NCBI GenBank assembly: GCA_018970175.1
Contig: JAGWWV010000001.1
Span: 29,605 to 93,604 of the forward strand
Origin: Acidobacteriota bacterium
Lineage (GTDB): Bacteria; Actinomycetota; Acidimicrobiia; Acidimicrobiales; Ilumatobacteraceae
Direction: 5' to 3'
Length of the DNA: 64,000 bases
Shown here: positions 52,901-59,032 of the stretch, one piece after another
Position numbering within the stretch: the first letter of the stretch is position 1
Layout of the letters: each line of letters opens with the position of its first letter
Made by a program: the position numbers and the translations under genes
The notes under the pieces: model-generated
Seen by the model: only the letters and a program-made list of their open reading frames with translations
The model's database searches: none
What the model was told of the DNA's origin: nothing

Positions 52901-53920
52901 GGCCTGATCGCACACCGGAAGGGTGCGCAGGACGATCTTGAATCGACCACCGGGGTAGGTGTTGCCGGACGGTTCACCATCGACATAGACACATGAACTA
53001 CGACGAGTGTCGTCGGCGGCGCTGGTGCCCGCGTTGCTACGCGGTGCACCGAGAACTGCAAGTGCGAACTCGTCGTTCTCCGGGGCGACGTCACCCGCGA
53101 GTGACGCGCGGACGAGGAAGTGCGGCACGGTGCGCGACAGCGCCTGGATGCCGGCGATGTCGCGCTTCTCCGCGAGGTCGTTGCTCTTGGTCGTGTACGC
53201 ATCGTCCGCGACGAAGAGCTCCGCATCTGGTGCGTAGTTCACGCGCAGATCGGCGCGCACGACACCCGCAACGGGGATGATGCCGCTCGAGATTCCCGCA
53301 TCGGTCTTCTGCTTGAGCGTGCACGATGTCGCGTTGCACTCCCAGCCCTGGTCGCCAATGGCCGACTTGTCGTTCAATGTGGGCAGGACTTCGAGCACCT
53401 TGACGCCACGCGGCAACTTGGCGAGCGAGAACGAGACGGGTGCCTCGATACCGGCAGCCACATTACCCATGTTCGACAAACGAACGATGACGACCGCATT
53501 GAGGTCGGTCGTGACGACGCTGGTTTGGTTGGCGGAAGCCATGATGTCGGGACCCGACTTCGTGTTGCCGGCGGTTGCGGGCGGCAGCGTCGAGGCGGGT
53601 GCGGTTGTGGCGGGCACCAAGTCGACGTTGTCGGGCTTGGCGTCGCTCGGCAACGGTGCGAGCAACGTGTTGTCGAGACCCGGAATGGTGGTGGGCACGG
53701 CAGTATCGGTTGCAGCGGGTGCGGCAGCACCCGGGACCGTCGTCGTGGTGGCATCACCGGAAGCGGGCGCACCCGTGGTGGTGGTCGCCTCGGCTGCCGG
53801 AGCAGCGGTGGTCGTCGTCGGATCGTTCGGGCTGCTGGCGCCGACCGGGGTGATGTCGACGATCGCGATGCTGATCGCGGCCGTTGCCAATGCAAATTTC
53901 TTGAAGCTATTCATGCTCAT
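43943..53920 (-). CDS. giant exported protein of unknown function (~3325 aa)
   Basis: This is an uninterrupted ORF. The ATG at 53920 overlaps the upstream stop (ATGA) and opens MSMNSFKKFALATAAISIAIV..PVGA, a signal peptide (the ORF track starts 3 codons earlier, at 53929).
Regions in order:
- a T/A/P-rich linker;
- several DUF11/CARDB-like beta-sandwich patterns;
- two PKD-like units (xxTYAWSQxxGP);
- three ~355-aa modules;
- a ~770-aa Gly/Ser/Asn/Phe-rich beta-type tail ending in a Trp-rich segment. Confidence 0.85.
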   Translation of the reverse strand: MSMNSFKKFALATAAISIAIVDITPVGASSPNDPTTTTAAPAAEATTTTGAPASGDATTTTVPGAAAPAATDTAVPTTIPGLDNTLLAPLPSDAKPDNVDLVPATTAPASTLPPATAGNTKSGPDIMASANQTSVVTTDLNAVVIVRLSNMGNVAAGIEAPVSFSLAKLPRGVKVLEVLPTLNDKSAIGDQGWECNATSCTLKQKTDAGISSGIIPVAGVVRADLRVNYAPDAELFVADDAYTTKSNDLAEKRDIAGIQALSRTVPHFLVRASLAGDVAPENDEFALAVLGAPRSNAGTSAADDTRRSSCVYVDGEPSGNTYPGGRFKIVLRTLPVCDQAFSGDITFTDILPAQIGLTDVKISGNGWTCDDPAAPKRCTRTGGEIQPSFFSEPLIIEGRTSKTAAVTAQPFTWKVNSVSRVKADGTQLEALAELTSQINEAPKPDLVAKVIARDGKTSMVAPGTLLVDAKVRSINGIGQNVAVTVGVRKGVTMEKAADGSPGWTCASAAADPAAGEGSTALKCVKAELFDTAEETIAFKFTTTEETETGAAQVISVISAENEDAAKVENNRSGQTLLVQPAPAAMPGIVFTRADEKGATQAVSDGSTTEIVVGKKASYGLAVSNLGAVPIAAGTVVRLEQFVSDFAIFSGKSAPKDADFKGDLDGKKIPATPGQWACVAGQGTPPVVQLPESLAGAGEAIAAPAPVATPGKKGAAIRCELTLAAAVAPEAQTPILNLTVEAANSAKPGKPEWPVYASLPTVKTAPVARYGMGITIVKQQPALTAAIAAPAGPRPGGKAAAQFSVKNEGTADSNAQSMIIKTKGGRLTGAKGEGWSCAVVGGFIAEGFIACSRKLPLKVGEVSKAVAVDYQSSDPKAKKMVLQATSIVSNIYGQPTSQTSTQEIDLRAPLSFSIQGPDVIVDQIVDATGKRMPSSILLTTVGNADGSKFTWRQLCTTDADVKASNGQCKAVTSAAKWVNDAPSTGPTANLLAPAVKAEETLVFEATALDEAGTSHTARFSVRVQPLPTAQGPTGKAGSGSGSSVLRRVPKQSGPSVRAFAATAPTSGAGDTSVLTSANAGVTVNGNIFGGSTLTVAQGAAVSVTAAASGVGAVTYAWSQAAGPTPSVLAAAATNTATVAFTAPAANTTISLRVVATDSRGEKATDVVTVVVGTGGAATLSANIAEGEGPLAVDTAKAVALNATATGSGAITYAWSQVSGPALTLNGANTAALSIAASAAIGTAVILVTATDATGASATDQITLQMNPSGAPTPLCDFVEAISTNTSSKLEATYKAIGIGNLDLSQLKVNSSTCSESSKVSFSNAGFSLAGYLTVSGASGTISAAGLTIRSATFTGPESWGSPVFSIGGTDPVGLFIPFSRASVAIGAFEGKIESGSMPFLKLPAGWTPAATLTFSVDAEGGKAVSLEATATGPEKNGKKPTARIAGAVATNGTFSLDASLANGFELFGSTIDFTGSVKRETPEADVAVSLAGALQGEIALTSNVKITALSASYDKGGAITGSGTMTIGSGDTALAVTADLNYTDANNHSFAVKAATTGGKWSPGKDISIPLASASGSYVAKDGAKTIDVTVVGGDVSPFSGLKFVAPTIKATAQCPATGACDVKVNLDSGAEVTLGSTSTTGKITGAVDITNKTASLKASLDKIPLVAGLDITSASLSIDSTNIGAANAATTVTLAGSMTVFEKTVSASATFSKTGVLLTADLPELAPFGASGPVWKPGQLSWSSGPISITPKVPSLPNIKSVNLTPKVPRLNMAIALPEQIKGLASATVSNVGDIALDGEVDFSTGKFSLAASLSNDSIDLAGAISREKTGDPFKYNLTGKVKKAIALTDSVSITTLDVTFGNATAGGPLTLTGNGSVDVKLPDSTVVTVAGAVAYNSATDFTVTVSAGATAPSFAVTGGEALSLGQASGTFKRTAAGSVLDVNLSTAGPWKPVSGLSVTNVSAKASVTCNTGAKCVPAFDLKGTLGFDLGITGLNSAEISGKLDDKGFAFSAKFNDLAFNADIKLLAPTFSLAIPPKTSTDRASASLSGTFALFGATLNANVNFSSAGVLLTGDFPSFKFPNSDIGFDGGQFAWALRAPSNINWTPKVPNFPSLPAISLPAGAPRLVLSMPTPDVVKQLSGSTTLTFGAVKVEGNMTLASGAFSLTATYDSNATNITGTFSREGTGKNLVYDISAKVKQPLTVIDGVKVASLDLKLNNTTGSVQATGTGDIEISTPTTPIVLGFNLNYVSSTDYSFQVTVKPTGGTTSWSPFPGFSLPLGNLTGTMVRKDQTRTFSLAFKGITDWFPVGSAAGPGVRVSEPGAAVTATCQVGGKCELVFTATGRVSVNVGQGWTTPATLTGTFTKDRSELKAVFADLPVTAGVTIKAPTLAVAYATQGGLSASVAGSADVLGTTLSMSATFSAQGVIVSGGMNDWTPIPGGPTLTNASFAFATYNALQVTLPNAPNLGKVDIPLNNPTLLAGFKVPQWLKDMVKQPSLNVVPVTVPLKDLAAGKLPTLKIMLPTPGDWFLFKTSSLSMRFAGFGVEIGGSPTPSMSLIGNIEFITGSGQTPIPLEVRGTVSTTAISMALSLGIDSTTGKPYEWKNAFGISGLTLSDAAIQVGINFATTPFPLPTIGIAATAQLPDAWKKPLGMEAGVAVRLMANIDVTKPCFQFKAGTLGGDGKTISAGSAKVINVGSGVLTSTFMDLTIAPLGCQIGNQILDPGISVGFSGTVLGTPVDVRAKIGTNPFSLEASLAIGAFRAGGVQVDETRLTIKVSPTESFVAFAGGITIGSTKVSVNGNIGYNVTDGPWVDLTGSVDNLSIVPGFLEIRSAAVRVNVRPKNGFAEVQARGDFNFLGAVTQVDFAMSMSNFKLQTLKANVRAVRTIAGVVKIDGTFSIDYKDGQFPTLAFDATGSVAGYDFGRVTGVVDKNQVKITGTISVGGVFSAQLTGQVVWAAGSGITIVNRDGQTVTAAAGDFRVGADNITINLGGFGASGSVLVGRASGVAYARFNASFSIGSGNIGGNLSVSGDFGTDGNFRFAGSGNLNLVGFSAAVNVSGSKSGANWAFALSTNIRVLGAVDVGFSGNFSRTNNAFRFTMTGNASLSAAGVAASGSFTISNEPGREGMSASVSLQVPGISGSGSIAINADGTFDASIGVSVSLGIVRAGGTLKMGNVAYWNGQRYRGGTYFSVSGYFETAGIGFWFSGNINANGSFDFSVNSGFNWNSGEVYLVVVKLRLSASVNASLRIYSWSPYFSFSASGTVSVQGSRYYIDAGCRAWKPKCWWNDGWTGWSNWVSLGLGFSVNPTSIWVDYDGRRYGIR
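46250..49440 (-). repeat. three divergent tandem ~355-aa protein modules inside the giant CDS
   Basis: Several landmarks recur at a period of ~1065 nt:
- NVKITALSASY / SVSITTLDVTF / GVKVASLDLKL;
- a C-x-x-G-x-x-C loop (CPATGAC near 49075, CNTGAKC near 48005, CQVGGKC near 46922);
- SMTVFEKTVSASATFSKTGVLLT / SGTFALFGATLNANVNFSSAGVLLT / SADVLGTTLSMSATFSAQGVIVS. Confidence 0.75.
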
Positions 53921-54990
53921 TTCGCACATCCTGTCGAAGCGAAGCCGGTGAGAGCCCGGGCGTCACCCGAGCTCGCAAAAACTGGACGGTAAGTGGGCGT
54001 GGCGAAAGCCACCCGATCGATTGCGGCGCGTTGGCGCACGAGGCTCGCGGTTTCGGCCGTCGCGCCCTTCAGCAACTTGGCTGCATCCGCGAGGAGAATC
54101 TTCGGGCCGCCGTTCTGGAGCGCCGACGTGCAGTTGGCCACCGACCAGATTTGGTTCTTCCAACGCAGTTCGCCGATACCCAGTTCGACGTTGCGGCAGG
54201 TGGCCGCGGTGTCACCCGAACAGCCGAGCGCCCAGTCGCGGATTGCGTTGCCGGTCTTTTGCGCCTCGGCACTTGCGGGGTCACCGATGAGGACTTCGAA
54301 GCCCCAACCGCTGCCCTGGTACTGCCCGACTCCGACCGCAGTCGCATCGAGGCCCCGGACTCCGGTGATCCCCGAGCCGGGAAGGGTTGCCGCGAGCAGG
54401 GCCTTCACCACTTTCTTTGCGGTGGGCGAAAGGAAGGCGCAGTTGTCGCACGGTTTGCCGTTGACCGTCCAACGAAGCGTGAGCGGAGTGGCAGTACCCG
54501 ACCATTCGGCCGCAGTGACGTTGAGAATGCCGTCGGCGTCGGCGCGGTACGTGGTGCCGACTGCCTTGGCCGCGTTTGTCGTGATCGATGCCTCGGCGGG
54601 AAGTGCGGGGCGCGGAGAGCCGAGCGGGTCAGTGGTTGCGAGATACGTCGCCTGGTAGCCGCCCGGGTCCTTCACTTTGGTGACTTCGGGAACCGTCACC
54701 TCGGGTGCAGCAGTTGTTGCAGGTGACGCAGTGGTCTCTGTCGTCGCGGCTGCGGTGGTTGCCGGCGCAGTAGTCGTTGTCGGAGCAACGGTTGTTGCGG
54801 GTGCCGTTGTTGTCTCGGTTGTCGCCACCGCAGTTGTCGTGGGTAGCGCGGCGTTCTTCACGCGCGTCGATGCGGTTGTGTCATTCGACGACGAGTCGGA
54901 TGACCCGCCGCACGAAGCCAACACGACCATGGCCGCGATGACCCCGGTCAAGAACGATCGTTTCCTCATGATTGATGTACCTCTCATCAT
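53917..54990 (-). CDS. exported lipoprotein of unknown function
   Basis: The lipobox is VVLASC-GGSS, followed by a ~75-aa T/A/P-rich linker containing ASTRVKNAALPTTT and a ~250-aa Cys-containing globular region. The ATG overlaps the upstream stop (ATGA). An alternative start is at 54969 (MRKRSF). Confidence 0.7.
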   Translation of the reverse strand: MMRGTSIMRKRSFLTGVIAAMVVLASCGGSSDSSSNDTTASTRVKNAALPTTTAVATTETTTAPATTVAPTTTTAPATTAAATTETTASPATTAAPEVTVPEVTKVKDPGGYQATYLATTDPLGSPRPALPAEASITTNAAKAVGTTYRADADGILNVTAAEWSGTATPLTLRWTVNGKPCDNCAFLSPTAKKVVKALLAATLPGSGITGVRGLDATAVGVGQYQGSGWGFEVLIGDPASAEAQKTGNAIRDWALGCSGDTAATCRNVELGIGELRWKNQIWSVANCTSALQNGGPKILLADAAKLLKGATAETASLVRQRAAIDRVAFATPTYRPVFASSGDARALTGFASTGCAK

Positions 54991-55505
54991 TTCCCGGGCT
55001 CACAGTTCGCCTTCACCCACGTCTGCACGTTGGCGGACGCGGTGTTGGCATCGGATGTTGCGAATTGTTCGATCAGCGAGTTGAACTTGTCCAAAGTCGG
55101 GTCGCCGGAAATTGCCTCGGCCATTCCGCGCGCTGCGGTGGCAACCGCATCGGCATCGGCCTTCACATCGCTCGGTGCGACCGCTGCCATCTCTTCGAGT
55201 GCCGTGGCATTCGCCGACAACTTCTCGGCGATCGCGGCGGGGTCGTCGTCGGCTGCGATGTCGGCGCCGCCCTGGTTGTCGAGTGCCGACTTGCAGAACT
55301 CTTCAACCGACCCCGTTGCTGCTGCAGCAGCGGTGTCGGTTGTTTCACCTTCTGCGTCGGCTGCAACCTCGGTGGTGTCGGCAGTCGATTCATCGTTCGA
55401 TGACGAGTCGGAACCACCGCATGCACCCATCGCAAACGCACCGACGATGCACACAGCAAAAAATTTTCCCCTCGCACGACGAACGCTCACCGCTGCCCCC
55501 TTCAA
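54987..55505 (-). CDS. small exported lipoprotein of unknown function
   Basis: The lipobox is FAMGAC-GGSD, followed by an acidic T/A/D/E linker and a ~100-aa helical-looking region. The GTG at 55490, preceded by GAAGGGGG, may be the real start instead of the TTG at 55505. Confidence 0.65.
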   Translation of the reverse strand: MKGAAVSVRRARGKFFAVCIVGAFAMGACGGSDSSSNDESTADTTEVAADAEGETTDTAAAAATGSVEEFCKSALDNQGGADIAADDDPAAIAEKLSANATALEEMAAVAPSDVKADADAVATAARGMAEAISGDPTLDKFNSLIEQFATSDANTASANVQTWVKANCEPGK

Positions 55506-55626
55506 TTGGACTTGCCCCCAAGGTAATGAGAGACCCCATTATTGACCAGTCAGGTGACACATCCTTCAATCGCCGTTTTCCGGTGATTCATTCTGGACCG
55601 GTCGCGCCGGTGATGCAGGCTCGGGG

Positions 55627-56160
55627 TCAGCCCGCGAGGGCGGTCAAACGTCCCGCGACTTCGGACGCCGAGGGGGCCCCGAGCACAAGTTCACGAGAGC
55701 CATCGGCACCCTGGAACACCCATGCCGGCTGGCCCGACACGCCGAAAGAGGCGAAAATCGACCCGTCCGGGTCGCGCACGTTGGTGAAGGTCAGGCCGTG
55801 GCGCGACACAAAGTCGTCGATTTCGTCCTCGCTGCCGTTCCAGCCGACACCGACAACCGTGACCTTCCCGGCCCACTTCTTGCTTGCCGCCTCGACCGAG
55901 GGGGCTTCGCTGTTGCAGGTGCCTCAATAAGGCGCCCAGAACCAGAAGGCGACGGGTGACCCGTTGTACCGCGACCCGAAGTCGCCGGACGGTGGCGTGA
56001 CCGTCTCCGGCGTCGCTGCTGGCATTGTCGAATCCACGGTCGACGCGGACGCGTTGGCACTCGTCGCGACGACTGCTGCGTCACTCGGTTGCGTGGCGTC
56101 CTCGGCACAGCCCGCTACCAGAGCGCATGCGAGAAGCGCGACACCGATCGGACGTTTCAT
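55627..56160 (-). CDS. MPT53/DsbE/TlpA-like thioredoxin-fold lipoprotein with an in-frame TGA at the first CxxC position (candidate selenoprotein, or pseudogene)
   Basis: The ATG at 56160 overlaps the gatB stop (ATGA), and the lipobox is LVAGC-A. Hand translation across 55926..55924 (TGA) stays in frame with no further stop: ...VAFWFWAPY-TGA-GTCNSEAPSVEAASKKWAGKVTVVGVGWNGSEDEIDDFVSRHGLTFTNVRDPDGSIFASFGVSGQPAWVFQGADGS.... This is the TlpA/MPT53 layout, where WxWxPWCxxCxxEAP is expected. Confidence 0.55.
55886..55905 (-). promoter_or_regulatory. SECIS-like hairpin downstream of the in-frame TGA
   Basis: The mRNA sequence GCC-C-CCUC[GGUC]GAGG-C-GGC starts 19 nt after the UGA. It forms 3+4 bp with one C-C mismatch. 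Its apical loop GGUC matches the loop sequence I recall for the E. coli fdhF SECIS. Confidence 0.3.
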
Positions 56161-57611
56161 GATCCGCGGCGCTCTTGCAACATCGCCGTGACGACCTTGC
56201 CGTCGGCTTTCCCCTTGCTCGCCTTCATGATGGCGCCGACCAGCGCACCGGCAGCTTTCTCTTCGCCGGCGCAGTACTTGGCCCACGCATCGGGTTGCGC
56301 GGCTATTGCATCGTCGACGAAGGTCGCGATCGATGACGTGTCGAGCGCTTCGAAGCCCTTCGATGCCGCTATTGCGACGGGGTCTCCTCCGCCGTTCGCG
56401 AGCATCTCGCCGAGAACGGTCTTTGCCTGCGTCGCAGTGATCTTGCCTTCGCGTTCCATCACGGTGAGTGCGGCGAGGTCCTTTGCCGGAAGGCGCGGGG
56501 ACTCTCCTTCTTCGGCGAACGACTGTTGAACCCACACGAGTGCGCGCCCTGCTTCACCGCCCGCGTCGACGACCGACTTCACGTACGGGTCCTGGCCGCG
56601 TTCGACAACGACCGACACCGCTTCGCCTTCGACGTCGGCGCCGGTGAGTGCAGCGAGCAACGCGCGACGTGCCGCGGGTAACGCCGGCAGGGCCGAGCGA
56701 ACGCGCTCGACCCATGCAGCATCGGGAGCGAGCGGCACGAGGTCGGGTTCGAGGAAGTAGCGGTAGTCGTCGGCATCTTCCTTGGTGCGAAGCGTGTGGG
56801 TGCGACCCTCGGCGTCGTCCCAGTGGCGCGTCTCTTGACGAATACTCCCGCCGGTTTCGAGGATGTCGACTTGCCTGCGAGCTTCGTACTCGATTGCGCG
56901 ACCAAGCGACCGCACCGAGTTCACGTTCTTGATTTCGCAGCGAGTGCCGAGCGGATCACCGAAACGGCGAACCGACACGTTCGCGTCGCAACGCATCGAC
57001 CCTTCTTCCATCTTCGCGTCGCTCGCACCGATGGCCACGAGGATCGCGCGGAGTTCACTCACGTACTGCTTGGCCTGCTCGGCAGTACGAATGTCGGGGC
57101 GGGAGACGATCTCAACCAGCGGCACGCCTGCACGATTGAAGTCGATGAGCGAGTACTCGCTGCCGTGAATACGACCGCCGGCACCACCGAAGTGGGTCGA
57201 CTTTCCGGTGTCCTCTTCGAGGTGGGCCCGTTCGACCTCGACCCGAACGTTGCCGGGCAACATGAGATACCCATCGACGTTCAACGGCTGGTCGTACTGG
57301 CTGATCTGGTAGGCCTTCGGCAGGTCGGGATAGAAATAGTTCTTCCGGTGAAACGTGCAGGGTTGAACGCTGCAGTTGAGTGCGAGCCCGATTCGCATCG
57401 CCAACTCGACGGCGTGTTCGTTCAGAACCGGCAGGGCACCAGGGAGACCCAGGGTGACGGGGTCGATGTTCGTGTTGGGTTCGTCGCCGAAACGATTCGG
57501 GGATGCGCTGAAGAGTTTCGTCTTCGTTGCCAATTCGACGTGGACCTCGAGACCAACGACAAGTTCCCATCCGTCGGGCAGCCCGTTCTGAAACTTCGAT
57601 GAATCGCTCAT
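56157..57611 (-). CDS. gatB: Asp-tRNA(Asn)/Glu-tRNA(Gln) amidotransferase subunit B
   Basis: The 484-aa product has VVGLEVHVEL, NRAGVPLVEIV and CDANVSVR, and its C-terminal YqeY-like tail is typical of GatB. The ATGA overlaps the gatA stop. Confidence 0.95.
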   Translation of the reverse strand: MSDSSKFQNGLPDGWELVVGLEVHVELATKTKLFSASPNRFGDEPNTNIDPVTLGLPGALPVLNEHAVELAMRIGLALNCSVQPCTFHRKNYFYPDLPKAYQISQYDQPLNVDGYLMLPGNVRVEVERAHLEEDTGKSTHFGGAGGRIHGSEYSLIDFNRAGVPLVEIVSRPDIRTAEQAKQYVSELRAILVAIGASDAKMEEGSMRCDANVSVRRFGDPLGTRCEIKNVNSVRSLGRAIEYEARRQVDILETGGSIRQETRHWDDAEGRTHTLRTKEDADDYRYFLEPDLVPLAPDAAWVERVRSALPALPAARRALLAALTGADVEGEAVSVVVERGQDPYVKSVVDAGGEAGRALVWVQQSFAEEGESPRLPAKDLAALTVMEREGKITATQAKTVLGEMLANGGGDPVAIAASKGFEALDTSSIATFVDDAIAAQPDAWAKYCAGEEKAAGALVGAIMKASKGKADGKVVTAMLQERRGS

Positions 57612-59032
57612 ACGGCGCGCTCCAATTCGGCCGCCGCACGGAACATCGTCGCTTCACCCAGTGTCGGTGCGAGCACCTGTACCCCGACCGGCATGCCGTC
57701 TTGCCCTGTGCCGAAGGGGACGCTCATCGCGGGGTGCCCCGCGAGATTCGTGGGGATGGTGAAGATGTCGCAGAGATACATCGCGAGCGGATCGTCGGTC
57801 TTCGACCCGAAGCGGAATGCCACCGACGGTGAAGTCGGCGTGAGGATGACGTCGGCGTCTGCATACGCGCGCGCAAAGTCGTCGGCGATGAGTCGGCGGA
57901 CCTTCAATGCTTTGCCGTAGTACGCGTCGTAGTAGCCGGCGGACAGCGCATAGGTGCCGAGCATGATGCGTCGCTTGACTTCGTCGCCGAAACCGGACTC
58001 GCGAGTGTCGGCATACATCGTGTTGATGTCGCCGGCCGCGACGCGCTTGCCGTAGCGGACGCCGTCGTAACGAGCGAGGTTGCTGCTGGCTTCAGCCGGA
58101 GCAATGAGGTAGTACGCGGTGAGAGCAAACGACAACGACGGCAACCTGACGTCGACAATCGTGGCACCCGCTTCCGCGAGCGCATCGAACGCTGCATCGA
58201 GACGTGCGAGCACGTCGGGATCGGCGCCTTTCGGCAGATCGGCCACGCGTCCGATTCGCAGGCCCTTCACACCCGCGCCGAGGACGCCGACGAGATCGGG
58301 GGCAGGTTGCGGAATGCTGGTCGAGTCCATCGGGTCGTGACCCGCGATCACCTCGGTGAGGATTGCCGCGTCTTCGACCGTGTGCGTGAACGGGCCGATT
58401 TGGTCGAGACTGCTCGCAAAAGCGACCAGGCCGTAACGACTGACCAGACCGTACGTGGGCTTCACGCCAACGAGACCGCACAACGCAGCGGGCTGACGGA
58501 TGCTGCCGCCCGTGTCGCTGCCCAGACTTCCCGCGGCAAAACCGGCGGCGACGGCAGCCGCGCTTCCTCCGCTGCTGCCGCCCGGAACGCGCGACGTGTC
58601 GAGCGGATTGCGGGTCGGACCGAACGCAGAGTTCTCGGTGCTCGACCCCATGGCAAACTCGTCGAGGTTCGTCTTGCCGATGAAGACGGCGCCCTCTGCG
58701 GCGAGCTTCTTGACTGCTGTCGCATCGTACGGAGGCTTCCATCCCTCGAGGATCCGCGACGAGCACGTGGTGTCGACGCCGCGTGTGCACATGTTGTCCT
58801 TCAGGGCAACGGGAACACCGGCGAGCCTGCCCGGATTGTCGCCGCGCTTGACTCGGTCGTCGATCTCAGCGGCGGACTCGAGGGCGCGTTCGCGCATGAC
58901 CAGGTTGAACGCATGGACCTCGCCTTCGCGAGTGTCGATACGTACGAGATGTTGCTCGAGGATCGCACGCGCCGACGCTCGACCGGAAGCGACATCGGCG
59001 GCGATCGACGCGACGGTTCCGAAGTCACTCAT
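57608..59032 (-). CDS. gatA: Asp-tRNA(Asn)/Glu-tRNA(Gln) amidotransferase subunit A
   Basis: The amidase signature GGSSGGSAAAVAAG...GSDTGGSIRQPAA is present and the length is 474 aa. Confidence 0.95.
   Translation of the reverse strand: MSDFGTVASIAADVASGRASARAILEQHLVRIDTREGEVHAFNLVMRERALESAAEIDDRVKRGDNPGRLAGVPVALKDNMCTRGVDTTCSSRILEGWKPPYDATAVKKLAAEGAVFIGKTNLDEFAMGSSTENSAFGPTRNPLDTSRVPGGSSGGSAAAVAAGFAAGSLGSDTGGSIRQPAALCGLVGVKPTYGLVSRYGLVAFASSLDQIGPFTHTVEDAAILTEVIAGHDPMDSTSIPQPAPDLVGVLGAGVKGLRIGRVADLPKGADPDVLARLDAAFDALAEAGATIVDVRLPSLSFALTAYYLIAPAEASSNLARYDGVRYGKRVAAGDINTMYADTRESGFGDEVKRRIMLGTYALSAGYYDAYYGKALKVRRLIADDFARAYADADVILTPTSPSVAFRFGSKTDDPLAMYLCDIFTIPTNLAGHPAMSVPFGTGQDGMPVGVQVLAPTLGEATMFRAAAELERAV

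Noticed and set aside
44388-53992. Numerous 70-290-aa ORFs on both strands lie inside the 10-kb gene, for example 49082-49843, 53120-53992 and 46338-46934.
   Set aside because: They are off-frame or antisense shadows of the continuous 3325-aa ORF, with Arg/Pro/Gly-rich translations.
55506-55626. I looked for a promoter or operator for the giant locus in the relatively AT-rich 121-nt gap (TTGAAG ... ATAATG and TGAC-containing repeats on the minus strand).
   Set aside because: The candidate -35/-10 spacing (21 nt) is wrong and the repeats are imperfect. A promoter probably lies here, but I cannot place it from sequence alone.
56161-56535. The upstream extension of the 203-aa ORF (55924-56535) might be the N-terminus of the thioredoxin-like protein.
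   Set aside because: This part overlaps the 3-prime end of gatB in another frame and is Arg-rich. The ATG at 56160, with its lipoprotein signal and ATGA coupling to gatB, is the sensible start.
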